A stretch of 43,005 bases of DNA, taken from a virus. Its lineage: Duplodnaviria > Caudoviricetes. Location of the stretch: positions 1 through 43,005 of the IMG/VR virus record IMGVR_UViG_3300028072_000005; one strand, given 5' to 3'. Below the pieces are notes generated by a model. That model was not told the DNA's origin. It made no database searches and was given only the letters and a program-made list of their open reading frames with translations. Of this stretch, positions 9,339-17,892 are shown one piece after another (the stretch's first letter is position 1; each line of letters opens with the position of its first letter). Made by a program: the position numbers and the translations under genes.

Positions 9339-10780
9339 TTCAGCATGCCCCTTCCGCCAGTTGCCGCCGGCGCCGGCGCGGTTCCCCATTCCCGCCCGCA
9401 CATATTACAGTGTTTGAGCGGCCCGCGTTGAACAACCGCGGTCGATCCGCATTCCGAGCACTTTAACGTGTTCTCGCCAACAACCGGCTTTTGCAGAGTC
9501 GATTTCTCGATCTTTTTCACTTCCGCCTCGCGCTCTTCGTTTTGGTGCGTTGCTAGTGTGAGTCTAACCCTTTCTGGAAATAGTTCCGTAAAGCACCATA
9601 CAAGAGCGTCCATGCGATTCGGCGATCGGCCGCCCGGAACATAAGAGCACATCTCTTCCTCGAGTGCCGGGAAGTCGCCTACATGGTGGATTACGTGTTT
9701 CTCGTAGAGCGCGCAAATCGGCTCGGCGCGCACAAGCTTGCCTCGAGTCGCGTTGACGGATTTATAACTCACGTTTTCATCATGCATCTTGATCGTAGTC
9801 TCTACCATGTTGCCGCCGAAATTTTCCTCGCCGAGTACGCGATCGGCTTTCCGCTCGTAATAAAGCCAAGTCACTTTTGCAGACCATTCCCGCGGCGACG
9901 GAGCGGCGAGAGAGGCATCCTCGAGTACGTAGCCGTGCCCATCGGCGCCGAGCCCGCAACAAACGTTTCCCACTTCGGTTGTACTTCCGCCGGAAGGATC
10001 GACGCCTACGACGATCCGGATCAGCGGCGGCGCCGTAGTAACTCGGGTTTCGTCGATCATTGTTTGCTTCCACAAGGCGCCCGGAACCTCGTCGCTATCC
10101 TCGGCCATGATCTCTTGCTGAATTGCAACCTGCGTCATATCGGCCGAAACCTCGGCAATGCCTTCGGCCGAGATGTGCGGGTTATCGTGCGAAGTGAAAT
10201 GAAGGCAAAGCCAACGCGGATCGGTTTCGTGCTTTTTGAAAAGCTTCGCGGCGTGTCGCTTATCCGTCGCCTTCGAAACGGCCCGGCTGTGCAAAGACGG
10301 CGGCGTATAGACGAGTACGAGATCTCCGTTGTTATCGATCAGCATCGGGTAAACAACATCGCCGAGAGCATCCTCGGCCATAAGTTGAAACTCATCTAGG
10401 ATGATCAAATCGCCATAATCGCCGCGGAGTGTGTTCGCGTTCCAAGCCGTTTTTGCGCGGATCCGTTGTTCCGTGCCCGGAAGTTCTATGATCTTGTCCG
10501 ATTCATATTTCTTGTAGATCCCGAATTCGATCGGCTCGGCGAGCGCGATCACTACTTCATGCCAGAATCGCGTGATTTGCTCTTGCGTCGGCACGGCGTA
10601 CAAAACGCGATTCGTGCCGGCGGGCCCGAGGAATCGCTCGACGGCTAGGCCGGCGCATCCGGTTGTTTTCCCGCCGCGGCGCCCGGCCCGGATCATTTTC
10701 CGTTTGAGTTTGGATCCAATGAATAAGGCTTGCTTTTTGTGATAAACCGGCAAGTGTACGGCGTACTCTACATGCTGAAT
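9335..10780 (-). CDS. terL: Terminase large subunit (start codon atypical)
   Basis: Q motif HKKQ, Walker A GRRGGKT, Walker B IILDE, nuclease GVDPS and SPNRMDA, C-terminal CSEC..CNMC ribbon. Start is either ATT 10780 or TTG 10753. Confidence 0.92.
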   Translation of the reverse strand: MQHVEYAVHLPVYHKKQALFIGSKLKRKMIRAGRRGGKTTGCAGLAVERFLGPAGTNRVLYAVPTQEQITRFWHEVVIALAEPIEFGIYKKYESDKIIELPGTEQRIRAKTAWNANTLRGDYGDLIILDEFQLMAEDALGDVVYPMLIDNNGDLVLVYTPPSLHSRAVSKATDKRHAAKLFKKHETDPRWLCLHFTSHDNPHISAEGIAEVSADMTQVAIQQEIMAEDSDEVPGALWKQTMIDETRVTTAPPLIRIVVGVDPSGGSTTEVGNVCCGLGADGHGYVLEDASLAAPSPREWSAKVTWLYYERKADRVLGEENFGGNMVETTIKMHDENVSYKSVNATRGKLVRAEPICALYEKHVIHHVGDFPALEEEMCSYVPGGRSPNRMDALVWCFTELFPERVRLTLATHQNEEREAEVKKIEKSTLQKPVVGENTLKCSECGSTAVVQRGPLKHCNMCGREWGTAPAPAATGGRGMLK

Positions 10781-11157
10781 TATACTTTCTTCCGATCGTG
10801 AATAACCCGAATGGTGATCTGTTTCCTCTCCGGGCCCGAGATCTCCAAACGTTCCGGCGACTTCCCCTCGATCCGATCCGCCATCTCTTTTATCGCCGAG
10901 ATCTCGCCCGCCGCCGCTTTGAGGATTAGTTTCCAAACCGATGCGTCGGCCCAAGTCGCTGTATCCGGAAGCTTGAGTTTCTTTTGAACCGCCCGGCCCG
11001 CCTGGCTCGCCGTGAGCAATTCCTCCGATTGCGCGAACATGCGATCCGTCCACGGCCGCTTGCGATTGATCCCTTTCGGGTTGCGTACTTCGCCCTTTTC
11101 CGGCGGTTTTAGATTTGCCAGGCTTTTCGGATTTTTGCCGCTTCCTTTGCCGCCCAT
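10780..11157 (-). CDS. terS: Terminase small subunit (DUF5681-like)
   Basis: LANLKPPEKGEVRNPKG and AIKEMADRIEGK motifs; directly upstream of TerL. Confidence 0.8.
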   Translation of the reverse strand: MGGKGSGKNPKSLANLKPPEKGEVRNPKGINRKRPWTDRMFAQSEELLTASQAGRAVQKKLKLPDTATWADASVWKLILKAAAGEISAIKEMADRIEGKSPERLEISGPERKQITIRVIHDRKKV

Positions 11158-11159
11158 GT

Positions 11160-11807
11160 TTAGATTTTGCCATTTTCCGCCGGCGGTTGAAGCCTTTCTA
11201 TAAAGGCAAGCCGCCAAGGATCCATTGCATCTTTCGTATCATTTTTGTTGCCGCGCCAAAGGTAAAAGTACAAGAGCTCGTCGATATAGTGTTCCGTCTT
11301 TACGATCCCGAGCGCGCGAATATCGTTTGCCCAACGACAATCTTCGCCAATCCCGCCGGCCATAGGACAACGCAAGGCGAGCTCTCGGCGCATCGGGTTT
11401 ATGTGCGAGATATCCCGATAGTAGCCGCCAGGGATCCCGCCGAGGCGCCCGTTAACGGTTTGATACCAACGGCCATGCTGTAGCGAATGGAACGCCGTCC
11501 CGAGCTCTGCTTTATCGGAAAAGCATTTTACGTTGAATCCGATTTGATCCGCTCCGTCGAGTAGAGGAAAGATCCGGTCGACGAAGTTTGCAGCGACTAG
11601 ATCATCATCATCTAAAAACGAAATGTAGTCGCCCGTTGCCGCCTGGCGCATCTTTTCGCGATTTGCGCCCAATGTGAGCGCCGGATCAAATAGGGCCGTC
11701 GTAACCGAAACGTCTTTCCCTTTGAGTTGTGGATTCAAGAGCCAATAGAGTTGCACAAGGAAATGTTGCCGGCTCGGCTGCGTCAAGATCAGGATTTCCC
11801 ATTTCAT
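11160..11807 (-). CDS. Glycosyltransferase (GT-A fold, family 2-like)
   Basis: ILILT..SR, LGANR, GDYISFLDDDD, GEDCRW. Confidence 0.85.
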   Translation of the reverse strand: MKWEILILTQPSRQHFLVQLYWLLNPQLKGKDVSVTTALFDPALTLGANREKMRQAATGDYISFLDDDDLVAANFVDRIFPLLDGADQIGFNVKCFSDKAELGTAFHSLQHGRWYQTVNGRLGGIPGGYYRDISHINPMRRELALRCPMAGGIGEDCRWANDIRALGIVKTEHYIDELLYFYLWRGNKNDTKDAMDPWRLAFIERLQPPAENGKI

Positions 11808-11965
11808 CTAGTAGCCTCGTCGACGGTTAGCGCCGCGCGCAATCCGCGCAACCTGTCTATCCATCCTTGCACAATCTCCGGATCAACGTTTACCGGAGCG
11901 CCGGCGTCGCCGGCTTCCTCGAGGATTGAATCGATCACGGTTATAACATCGCCTGGCACTTTCAT
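11804..11965 (-). CDS. Hypothetical 53-aa protein (not in ORF track)
   Basis: MKVPGDVITVIDS...; ATGA overlaps at both ends. Confidence 0.6.
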   Translation of the reverse strand: MKVPGDVITVIDSILEEAGDAGAPVNVDPEIVQGWIDRLRGLRAALTVDEATR

Positions 11966-12645
11966 TGCATCGCCTTTCTTAATTTATCCGCATCCGCGAT
12001 CCGCTCCGGAGAGCGCCGCGCATATTCCAAGTCGGGCCGATCGCGTTGCCAGCGATCGACGTTTTCTTTGTACGTTTGATCTTGCTCGGCTTTCGACCAA
12101 ATGTAATGCATATGCTCGATCAAAACGTGCGACAAACAACGCGTGCGATCAATTAGGCGAGATACATCCCAAAGATGCGTATCGCAAAAATCGGCCGAAT
12201 AACCCGACGGCGTAAAATATCCGATAATCTCGTACCAGCGGCGAGAAATGAACGGTAGCGCCGAGAACGTTTTCCCGTTCGGGCCGCCATCATCGGCAAA
12301 CACAAGCAAGATACGATCAGGCACGGCCGCAAAAGCTTTCTCGACTTCAACATCCCATCCCGAAGTACGGAAAATTACATCGTCGGCGCAAAGCATGAGT
12401 ATGTCGCCCTTTGCGTGCGGTGCAAGTTGATTCCATAAATCCGAGAAACAAACCCGCGGCCCGCGGATAAATCGGTTGACCTCGGGGAATTCCTCTGCTT
12501 GCTTAATCAAATGATCGTAGGAGTTATCATCGTCGCTAACGTAACAGAGAATTTCCGGGCATTCCGTAGCAGTATCGGCGATCGATTTTACCGTTTGCGT
12601 TAGGCGCGCCGGCCGGTTGCGCGTTGGAAGCAATATAGAGATCAC
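11962..12645 (-). CDS. Glycosyltransferase family 2
   Basis: ISILLPTRNRP, GDILMLCADDV, FCDTHL. Start is GTG 12645 or ATG 12657. Confidence 0.88.
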   Translation of the reverse strand: MISILLPTRNRPARLTQTVKSIADTATECPEILCYVSDDDNSYDHLIKQAEEFPEVNRFIRGPRVCFSDLWNQLAPHAKGDILMLCADDVIFRTSGWDVEVEKAFAAVPDRILLVFADDGGPNGKTFSALPFISRRWYEIIGYFTPSGYSADFCDTHLWDVSRLIDRTRCLSHVLIEHMHYIWSKAEQDQTYKENVDRWQRDRPDLEYARRSPERIADADKLRKAMQ

Positions 12646-12812
12646 TTGACTAACCATCCGATCAGGATCTCGCGGATCCGCCGCGGCTTAGATCTCCATG
12701 AGCAATTATGCGTCTCAATACAATGCCTACAGAACATCCGGCCGCAATGCCGACAAAAGGAATCCGCGGCGCCCGCGCGGCAAATTTTGGGATTGAAGAA
12801 AGCGCACTTCAT
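12642..12812 (-). CDS. 56-aa AN1/B-box-like Zn-finger protein (not in ORF track)
   Basis: MKCAFFNPKIC...FCRHCGRMFCRHCIETHNC; coupled at both ends. Confidence 0.65.
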   Translation of the reverse strand: MKCAFFNPKICRAGAADSFCRHCGRMFCRHCIETHNCSWRSKPRRIREILIGWLVK

Positions 12813-13057
12813 AGAGCCCTCGCACGCTTTTTTGTCGCAAATTGAAGTGTAAGGCTAGTCATTGCGTAATCATCGTCGATCAGCGTTTCCATAGTGATCG
12901 TTTTTGCTAGACAAATATATTCCCCTCCGAATGCTGGCAAAGGTTTCTCGATCTCATCCGCCAGGCGGCGCAATTCCGCGGCCGCCTTTTGTTGATTAAT
13001 CCCGAAGCCTAATTGCGGGTGATCGTAATTGTCGATCGAATCCACTTTGAAACTCAT
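12809..13057 (-). CDS. Hypothetical protein
   Basis: Coupled ORF; AAAELRRLADEIE helix. Confidence 0.65.
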   Translation of the reverse strand: MSFKVDSIDNYDHPQLGFGINQQKAAAELRRLADEIEKPLPAFGGEYICLAKTITMETLIDDDYAMTSLTLQFATKKRARAL

Positions 13058-13707
13058 ATATCGAACCTCGTATTTTCTAGCAGGATGTTAAAGCCGAAGT
13101 CTTGCACAAGCCGCCATCCGCTCGGCTCGAGTAGAGCAATTAATTCCGGCTTTAGCGCCTGGCCGGAATACATCTCGATCTCTTCGGCTTCCATGAAACA
13201 AAACCGGGTTTTCTCGAGCGCATCATGCCCGCCCATGATCATTTCGCGCTCGGCGCCCTGTATGTCGACCCAAAGAAGATCAATCTTGCTCAAATACTCA
13301 TCGTAAAAAATTCCGTCGAGTGTATAGCAATTTACGACTTCAGGATCTTCAAAAGTGATTGTAGGGAAGTGCTCCAAATGGCCCGTAGGCTCGAGGATAG
13401 ATCCGGATCCGCGGGAATTGTCTCGGGAATCCAGCGAAACGCGAAAGTGACGCCGGCCAGGTTGCGAGGCAATCGCGCCGCGGATTAGCCGGCGGTTAGA
13501 TCCGAGCGGCCGATGCTCGTTTTGCGCGATATACGCTTGATTGCGCCAATCGGGCTCGACCATAACATGCAAAAGAGTTTCGCCGGCGGCGATCATCCGC
13601 TCGAAGTTGTGAGAATCCTCGCCGCGGTATGCGCCGAGCTCTACGATTACCGGGCACGTGATCGGTTGCAAAAGTTTTTGTACGGCTGTGAATTCCTCGG
13701 GTGTCAC
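13054..13707 (-). CDS. FkbM-family SAM-dependent methyltransferase
   Basis: IVELGAYRG, TLD, IDLLWVDIQGAE, MYSGQAL. Start GTG 13707 has a GTGA overlap and an AAGGGG RBS. Confidence 0.88.
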   Translation of the reverse strand: MTPEEFTAVQKLLQPITCPVIVELGAYRGEDSHNFERMIAAGETLLHVMVEPDWRNQAYIAQNEHRPLGSNRRLIRGAIASQPGRRHFRVSLDSRDNSRGSGSILEPTGHLEHFPTITFEDPEVVNCYTLDGIFYDEYLSKIDLLWVDIQGAEREMIMGGHDALEKTRFCFMEAEEIEMYSGQALKPELIALLEPSGWRLVQDFGFNILLENTRFDI

Positions 13708-13895
13708 AGTTTCCCCTTGCAGTAGCCGTAAACTCTTCCCGGCCCAAATGTTAGCTTTTCTTTTTCCCAGTCGACGATCGAGTATTTCGGCCACTCGATC
13801 GCGTAGTAATCCATCCGCGGCGCCTTCGGCTTCCCAAGAGCGGGGATCGCCGCCGCGGCGCCGGCTAAAACTGCGAAGAATTTTCTACGATTCAT
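13704..13895 (-). CDS. Twin-arginine-signal mini-protein carrying a major-capsid C-terminal motif
   Basis: MNRRKFFAVLAGAAAA followed by DYYAIEWP..TFG..VYG; translationally coupled on both sides. Confidence 0.75.
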   Translation of the reverse strand: MNRRKFFAVLAGAAAAIPALGKPKAPRMDYYAIEWPKYSIVDWEKEKLTFGPGRVYGYCKGKL

Positions 13896-14683
13896 AATCC
13901 CGCCCCTTCCATTTCTGCATCGGCGATTCTATGCCCGAAGAGCATTCGCCGGAGCTCTTTATTTCCGAGCATTGCCCGGCAAGCCTCGATCCGTTGTTGA
14001 AACTCCCCGGCCGGCTTTTCTCGCCCTGGCGGGCAGTTGTAACCCCACCAACCCAAATGCGAAGCGAGCGGCTTCGGCGGAAACTTTGTTTTCCATTCGT
14101 GGAATTCAATGCAGCGAAGGAAAAACCCATCTTGCTCAAAGCCGCCTTTTTTGTATTTTGAGTTTGGAAAGATCTCGCCGTCGAGGATCGCGCCCATTTC
14201 TTCGCGCGTTTCGGCCAGGTAGCGAGGATCTACATGCTCGAGCGCCGTTGTTAGCCGATCGATCCGCCAGCTTGCACAAGGCGACTCGTACCAGTTCGGA
14301 ATATGCGGCGATCCGATCCGGCCGCAAACCGCGGCATACTGCCCGGTTTCCAGTTGCGCGCGGGCCCATTCCAGATACCCGCGGTGCAAAATTGTATCGT
14401 CCTCGATCAAATGCACAAATCGAGCTCTAGGAAGTTGTGAGAGTGTAAGCGCGCATGCGGTTAGCAGGTTCCAAGAATTGCCGTAGAAATTCCGCGGCGG
14501 GTATTGAACATGGCAAACGGCGCCGAACGCCTCGCACGTCCTCCGGAGATCTATCGAATCGGCTTGCTTGTCGCTGAAAACGATAAGCGGGATCAAATGA
14601 TCATTCGCGCGGATCGCCTCGAGGCAAAGCCAAAGCAACTCTTCGCGTTGCCAGGTTGTGACAATTACTAGATCGTTTCTCAT
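13892..14683 (-). CDS. Glycosyltransferase (GT-A fold)
   Basis: VIVTTWQREELL..CL, IVFSD, VHLIEDD, EQD. Confidence 0.75.
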   Translation of the reverse strand: MRNDLVIVTTWQREELLWLCLEAIRANDHLIPLIVFSDKQADSIDLRRTCEAFGAVCHVQYPPRNFYGNSWNLLTACALTLSQLPRARFVHLIEDDTILHRGYLEWARAQLETGQYAAVCGRIGSPHIPNWYESPCASWRIDRLTTALEHVDPRYLAETREEMGAILDGEIFPNSKYKKGGFEQDGFFLRCIEFHEWKTKFPPKPLASHLGWWGYNCPPGREKPAGEFQQRIEACRAMLGNKELRRMLFGHRIADAEMEGAGL

Positions 14684-14901
14684 TCCTGATACCCCGGTTT
14701 ATGATCCGAGCAATACGTTTGCCCGTCGACGAGTTGACTATGCCGCCGGCAAAGCGGCTTGAAACAAACAACGCAAATCGCGCGCGCGATCGCATGCCCG
14801 CAAGGCTCGCATTGAAGCGGCTTGCTTGTCCTAGGATGCGGCAAGCCCTCGAGCGCCTTGCCGCGGAAGTGATTCAACGATTTGAATCGATCAGTGTTCA
14901 T
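14680..14901 (-). CDS. B-box-like Zn-finger protein
   Basis: CEPC..AICVVCFKPLCRRH...YCSDH. Confidence 0.7.
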   Translation of the reverse strand: MNTDRFKSLNHFRGKALEGLPHPRTSKPLQCEPCGHAIARAICVVCFKPLCRRHSQLVDGQTYCSDHKPGYQE

Positions 14902-15085
14902 TTGTTTTTGGCCCGCATTGAATTTCGTAAATTGTTCCGTCTATGCCCCTGCGATCCTCGGCGTTTAATCCGGCATCCTTGCACTTTTTAGTCTCGCGGA
15001 TGATCTCGTCGTTAGTCATTCTTCGGCATCCGCAAAGCGCCAGACTAAGAAAGATCACGGATAGATACAGCGGCCGCGCGTTCAT
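14891..15085 (-). CDS. Small lipoprotein
   Basis: Hydrophobic stretch followed by lipobox LCGC. Confidence 0.65.
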   Translation of the reverse strand: MNARPLYLSVIFLSLALCGCRRMTNDEIIRETKKCKDAGLNAEDRRGIDGTIYEIQCGPKTNEH

Positions 15086-15345
15086 GGATGCACAAGCGGG
15101 CCGGCGGCTCGTTGAATTACGGGCTCGGCAATGTCAAGCAACATCGCGGGGATTGCATTCCGGCAAGTCGTACAAAACGCTATCAAAAACTTAAAGCGGC
15201 CGATATTGAACGTGCGCGCCAGGATGATCAGCGGATCCGTGCCACAAAACGGGCATTTCGGCGCCGGTAGGGGCGTATCCGCGGTTACGACTACCTTTTC
15301 AACTTCCGGAACCGCCGCGGCTTTGTTTCCGTTTTCGTTTTCCAT
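15082..15345 (-). CDS. Zn-ribbon protein
   Basis: CPFC...CTTC; AAGGA RBS. Confidence 0.65.
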   Translation of the reverse strand: MENENGNKAAAVPEVEKVVVTADTPLPAPKCPFCGTDPLIILARTFNIGRFKFLIAFCTTCRNAIPAMLLDIAEPVIQRAAGPLVHP

Positions 15346-15487
15346 GAGATTTCCTTTCGTGATCTTTTATAACCAAACGCCAAAGCTGATCGCATGCCTC
15401 GATCCGGATCCGCAACGGCCAGGATTCCCGCCAAACGTGATCATGCGCGTGAAGCAAGATTTCAAAAGCCGAGGCATTATCCCGCAC
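15299..15487 (-). CDS. Hypothetical protein
   Basis: Fills the gap between neighbouring genes in the operon. Confidence 0.45.
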   Translation of the reverse strand: MRDNASAFEILLHAHDHVWRESWPLRIRIEACDQLWRLVIKDHERKSHGKRKRKQSRGGSGS

Positions 15488-15905
15488 GGATCGCCTTCAA
15501 TTCTTGAACGGCATCCGCGGAGATCTTTCGGATAAGCGGTTGCACGTTAGGATCGAGCGCGTAGATCCGGCCGATCGTGATCAGCGCCCGGAGCAAAATA
15601 TTCTCGCGCATGCATGCAATGCAAGTTTCCTCATGCGAATTGCCGTCGACGAGATCGTATTCGTTTCGCTTGCGAAGCGTCGCCGGCGTTACGTGATTTG
15701 GTATTTGATCAACAACCCTATGCCCGCAAGAAACCTGGCGGCGCAAATCCATTTCGTGATCTTTCAAGATCTCGTCGATTACCGGGATTACGCGATCAGT
15801 ATCCGAGATTGCGATCTCTACAAACTCTTTCCAAACGCATTCTTCGACTTCGATCCGCGGGCCGAGTAGTGCCTCGAGGATCTTTGAACGTTCGGCGGCG
15901 ATCAT
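15477..15905 (-). CDS. Hypothetical protein
   Basis: Coupled ORF; CGH...CIAC. Confidence 0.6.
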   Translation of the reverse strand: MIAAERSKILEALLGPRIEVEECVWKEFVEIAISDTDRVIPVIDEILKDHEMDLRRQVSCGHRVVDQIPNHVTPATLRKRNEYDLVDGNSHEETCIACMRENILLRALITIGRIYALDPNVQPLIRKISADAVQELKAIRAG

Positions 15906-16090
15906 GCCGATTCCCTATTTTTTGCTTCGTTTTCGCAATTTGTGCAAGCTACTTTCCCGAGAATAATCGCCGACGAACTAACGAAGAAGCCCATATGCGC
16001 GGCGGCTAGTCGAAGTTTTGCGGCGTGCTCGTCGCAAGCCGGCGTGTCTTTGCCCGGCCAGTGCACAATTTGCGTTGCGGTTGTGTTCAT
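15902..16090 (-). CDS. Hypothetical Cys/His mini-protein
   Basis: CDEH...CTNC; ATGA overlaps. Confidence 0.6.
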   Translation of the reverse strand: MNTTATQIVHWPGKDTPACDEHAAKLRLAAAHMGFFVSSSAIILGKVACTNCENEAKNRESA

Positions 16091-16725
16091 ATTCCCCCCA
16101 AGTCAAGCGGCAAAGTGTAGAAAATTAGCTGCGTTTGCGGGATCACGTTCGGGCCGCGGGCAACCCTCACGTAACTTTCATCCGCTTGGCGATCGTCTTT
16201 CCAAACCAAACCTTTCACGGCGTCGTTTACCAACTTCGCGTAATTGTCCTCGTCGGTATTCCATTTGTGAGTAGCGAAGAGAAAGATCTTGCCGAAACGA
16301 TTTTGGCAATCCGGCTTGAGCCGCGGATTCGCGAGCATAATGTACTGGCGGATTGTAAGCTTTGCGGCTTTATTCGCCGGCGTGTCGAAGCTTCGCGATC
16401 CATTGCGGCCGGCACGTTCCCAAGCTTGCGGCTCGCCAGGTATGCAAACTTTGAGCACAATTCGCGATAGATCGATTTTCATTTCGAAGTAATTATTCTC
16501 GCCACTTCTGGCGGCTCTCTTATTTTCAGCGACAAGCCGGCCGTATTGTTCATCGGTACAGGTTGCGTATTCAACTCGGGAAGGCGGATTTTTCTCGGCG
16601 TACTCCGCGAAAAGTGCGCGCCCTTCCAAACAAAAGTCATTTACGCGCTTGTTGGCTTTTGTGCATGTAGCGCACTTTTCAACGTGATTTACTACGGCTT
16701 GTAATTCTTCGCTGATTTCTTTCAC
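16087..16725 (-). CDS. rusA: RusA-family Holliday junction resolvase with N-terminal extension
   Basis: IPGEP, D.DN..K...D...G.VWKDDRQ catalytic signature. Confidence 0.82.
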   Translation of the reverse strand: MKEISEELQAVVNHVEKCATCTKANKRVNDFCLEGRALFAEYAEKNPPSRVEYATCTDEQYGRLVAENKRAARSGENNYFEMKIDLSRIVLKVCIPGEPQAWERAGRNGSRSFDTPANKAAKLTIRQYIMLANPRLKPDCQNRFGKIFLFATHKWNTDEDNYAKLVNDAVKGLVWKDDRQADESYVRVARGPNVIPQTQLIFYTLPLDLGGI

Positions 16726-16997
16726 TTTGCCGCCTCTTGATCTCGCCGCTTGATCACAATCTCGCAGAGCTCCATAAGTTGACCTTGCCTGATATCCGCA
16801 TAGCCGCGGTGAAACTTGATCCGGGCGATCTCTAACGCCTCGAGGCGGATCGTTTGAGCCATCGCCGTAACTTGGAATAATTCGCTATTTTCAAATCTCG
16901 TACCGTTTCCGCCTTCGGAAAATGTGAGCTCATGGTACTTTTTGCCGAACATCCGCGGCGCAATGATTTCGCCGATCTCTTGGATCTCTTCCATCAT
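16722..16997 (-). CDS. Hypothetical protein
   Basis: Coupled ORF downstream of the initiator. Confidence 0.6.
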   Translation of the reverse strand: MMEEIQEIGEIIAPRMFGKKYHELTFSEGGNGTRFENSELFQVTAMAQTIRLEALEIARIKFHRGYADIRQGQLMELCEIVIKRRDQEAAK

Positions 16998-17731
16998 AGC
17001 GGCGCTCTCCTATGCCGGCGATCAAAAGTCGCCGCCTCTTCATTCTCGACGTTCCGTTTTGCTGTGAAAAATTGAGGCGGCACTCCGATTTTGCCTTCCT
17101 GGCATCGCTGAATTGCCGACTCCATTTTCATCGTGAGCCATTCCGCCGGCTTGTTGTATTCCTCAAGCCAAACCGTTTGGAAGCGCCGATCGCCGAAAGG
17201 TTTTTCAAAACCGATCGCCAGGAAGGATGCGGCGGCGGCCCGGATCGGGCTTGTATGTACCGCCGCCGCCAAATGATCTTGGTTAGATTGAATGGAACTG
17301 CTAGGAGTCTGGCCGTCTGGTAGTCTGGAGTCTGGATAGCTTTTCTCTTGGGTTATGTCTAGGTTATCAGAAACCGAACCTAGAAATAACCTACTGGGTT
17401 TCGCCTGGGTTTTAGGTCTACCGCCTCTCTTACCATTCGCCTTTGACGCCAAAATCCTTGATTCTGCGTGACTTATTTCCTCACGTACTCTTTTATGGAT
17501 ATAACCGTGCCTCGTTTTTTTGAAGAAATCGCGGATCACTAGGTCGATTGCGGCCTTGTCACTCGGGCTTAAAGCGCGCGTCATTCGGTATATCAAACGC
17601 CTGTCATTTGGCAGTGGTTTTTCCGTCGTGTAGGCAATGTCTAGGAGTAGCGTGTAGGCGCCGTGCTCTTCGAAAGTGAGTTGCTGCGTATCGCGTTGAT
17701 AGTCGCCGGGAAACCTGCGGTAGAAGTTCAA
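16994..17731 (-). CDS. DUF1376/YdaU-family replication initiator
   Basis: FYRRFPGDYQRDT..LT.EEHGAY..LL..AY, HKRV.EEI, NGKRGGRPK. TTG start with GGAGGGGG RBS. Confidence 0.85.
   Translation of the reverse strand: MNFYRRFPGDYQRDTQQLTFEEHGAYTLLLDIAYTTEKPLPNDRRLIYRMTRALSPSDKAAIDLVIRDFFKKTRHGYIHKRVREEISHAESRILASKANGKRGGRPKTQAKPSRLFLGSVSDNLDITQEKSYPDSRLPDGQTPSSSIQSNQDHLAAAVHTSPIRAAAASFLAIGFEKPFGDRRFQTVWLEEYNKPAEWLTMKMESAIQRCQEGKIGVPPQFFTAKRNVENEEAATFDRRHRRAPL
17305..17420. repeat. Putative origin iterons inside the initiator gene
   Basis: GTCTGG x4 and several GGTT/AACC-T repeats in an AT-richer linker, as in lambdoid O-type genes. Confidence 0.45.
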
Positions 17732-17825
17732 ATTTTCCCCCTCCGATAAGGGTTGCGGAGTCGAGAGTATCGGCCCTCGGCTCCGCGATCGCCCACGAAA
17801 AACCCTGGCGGGTAATTCGCGGTGA

Positions 17826-17892
17826 AGCTTACATCGTTTGAGGCGTACTGCAAAATTTTCCCCTGTGCAAATACTGTGCAAGTTGTTGAAAA
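17826..17892 (-). promoter_or_regulatory. Putative initiator promoter with upstream DnaA-box-like repeats
   Basis: Minus strand TTGCAG-16nt-TAAGCT; upstream TTTTCAACA, ACTTGCACA and ATTTGCACA. Confidence 0.4.

Noticed and set aside
10768-10773. TAG stop-codon reassignment
   Set aside because: The capsid gene and others end normally at TAG, and genes are not fragmented under code 11.
13708-13794. N-terminal extension of the FkbM ORF
   Set aside because: It is better explained by the overlapping Tat mini-gene; GTG 13707 has an RBS and coupling.
3614-13811. Capsid repeat as a diversity-generating retroelement TR/VR pair or CRISPR-like spacer
   Set aside because: No reverse transcriptase, the mismatch is not at adenine, the match is too short, and there is no repeat-spacer array.
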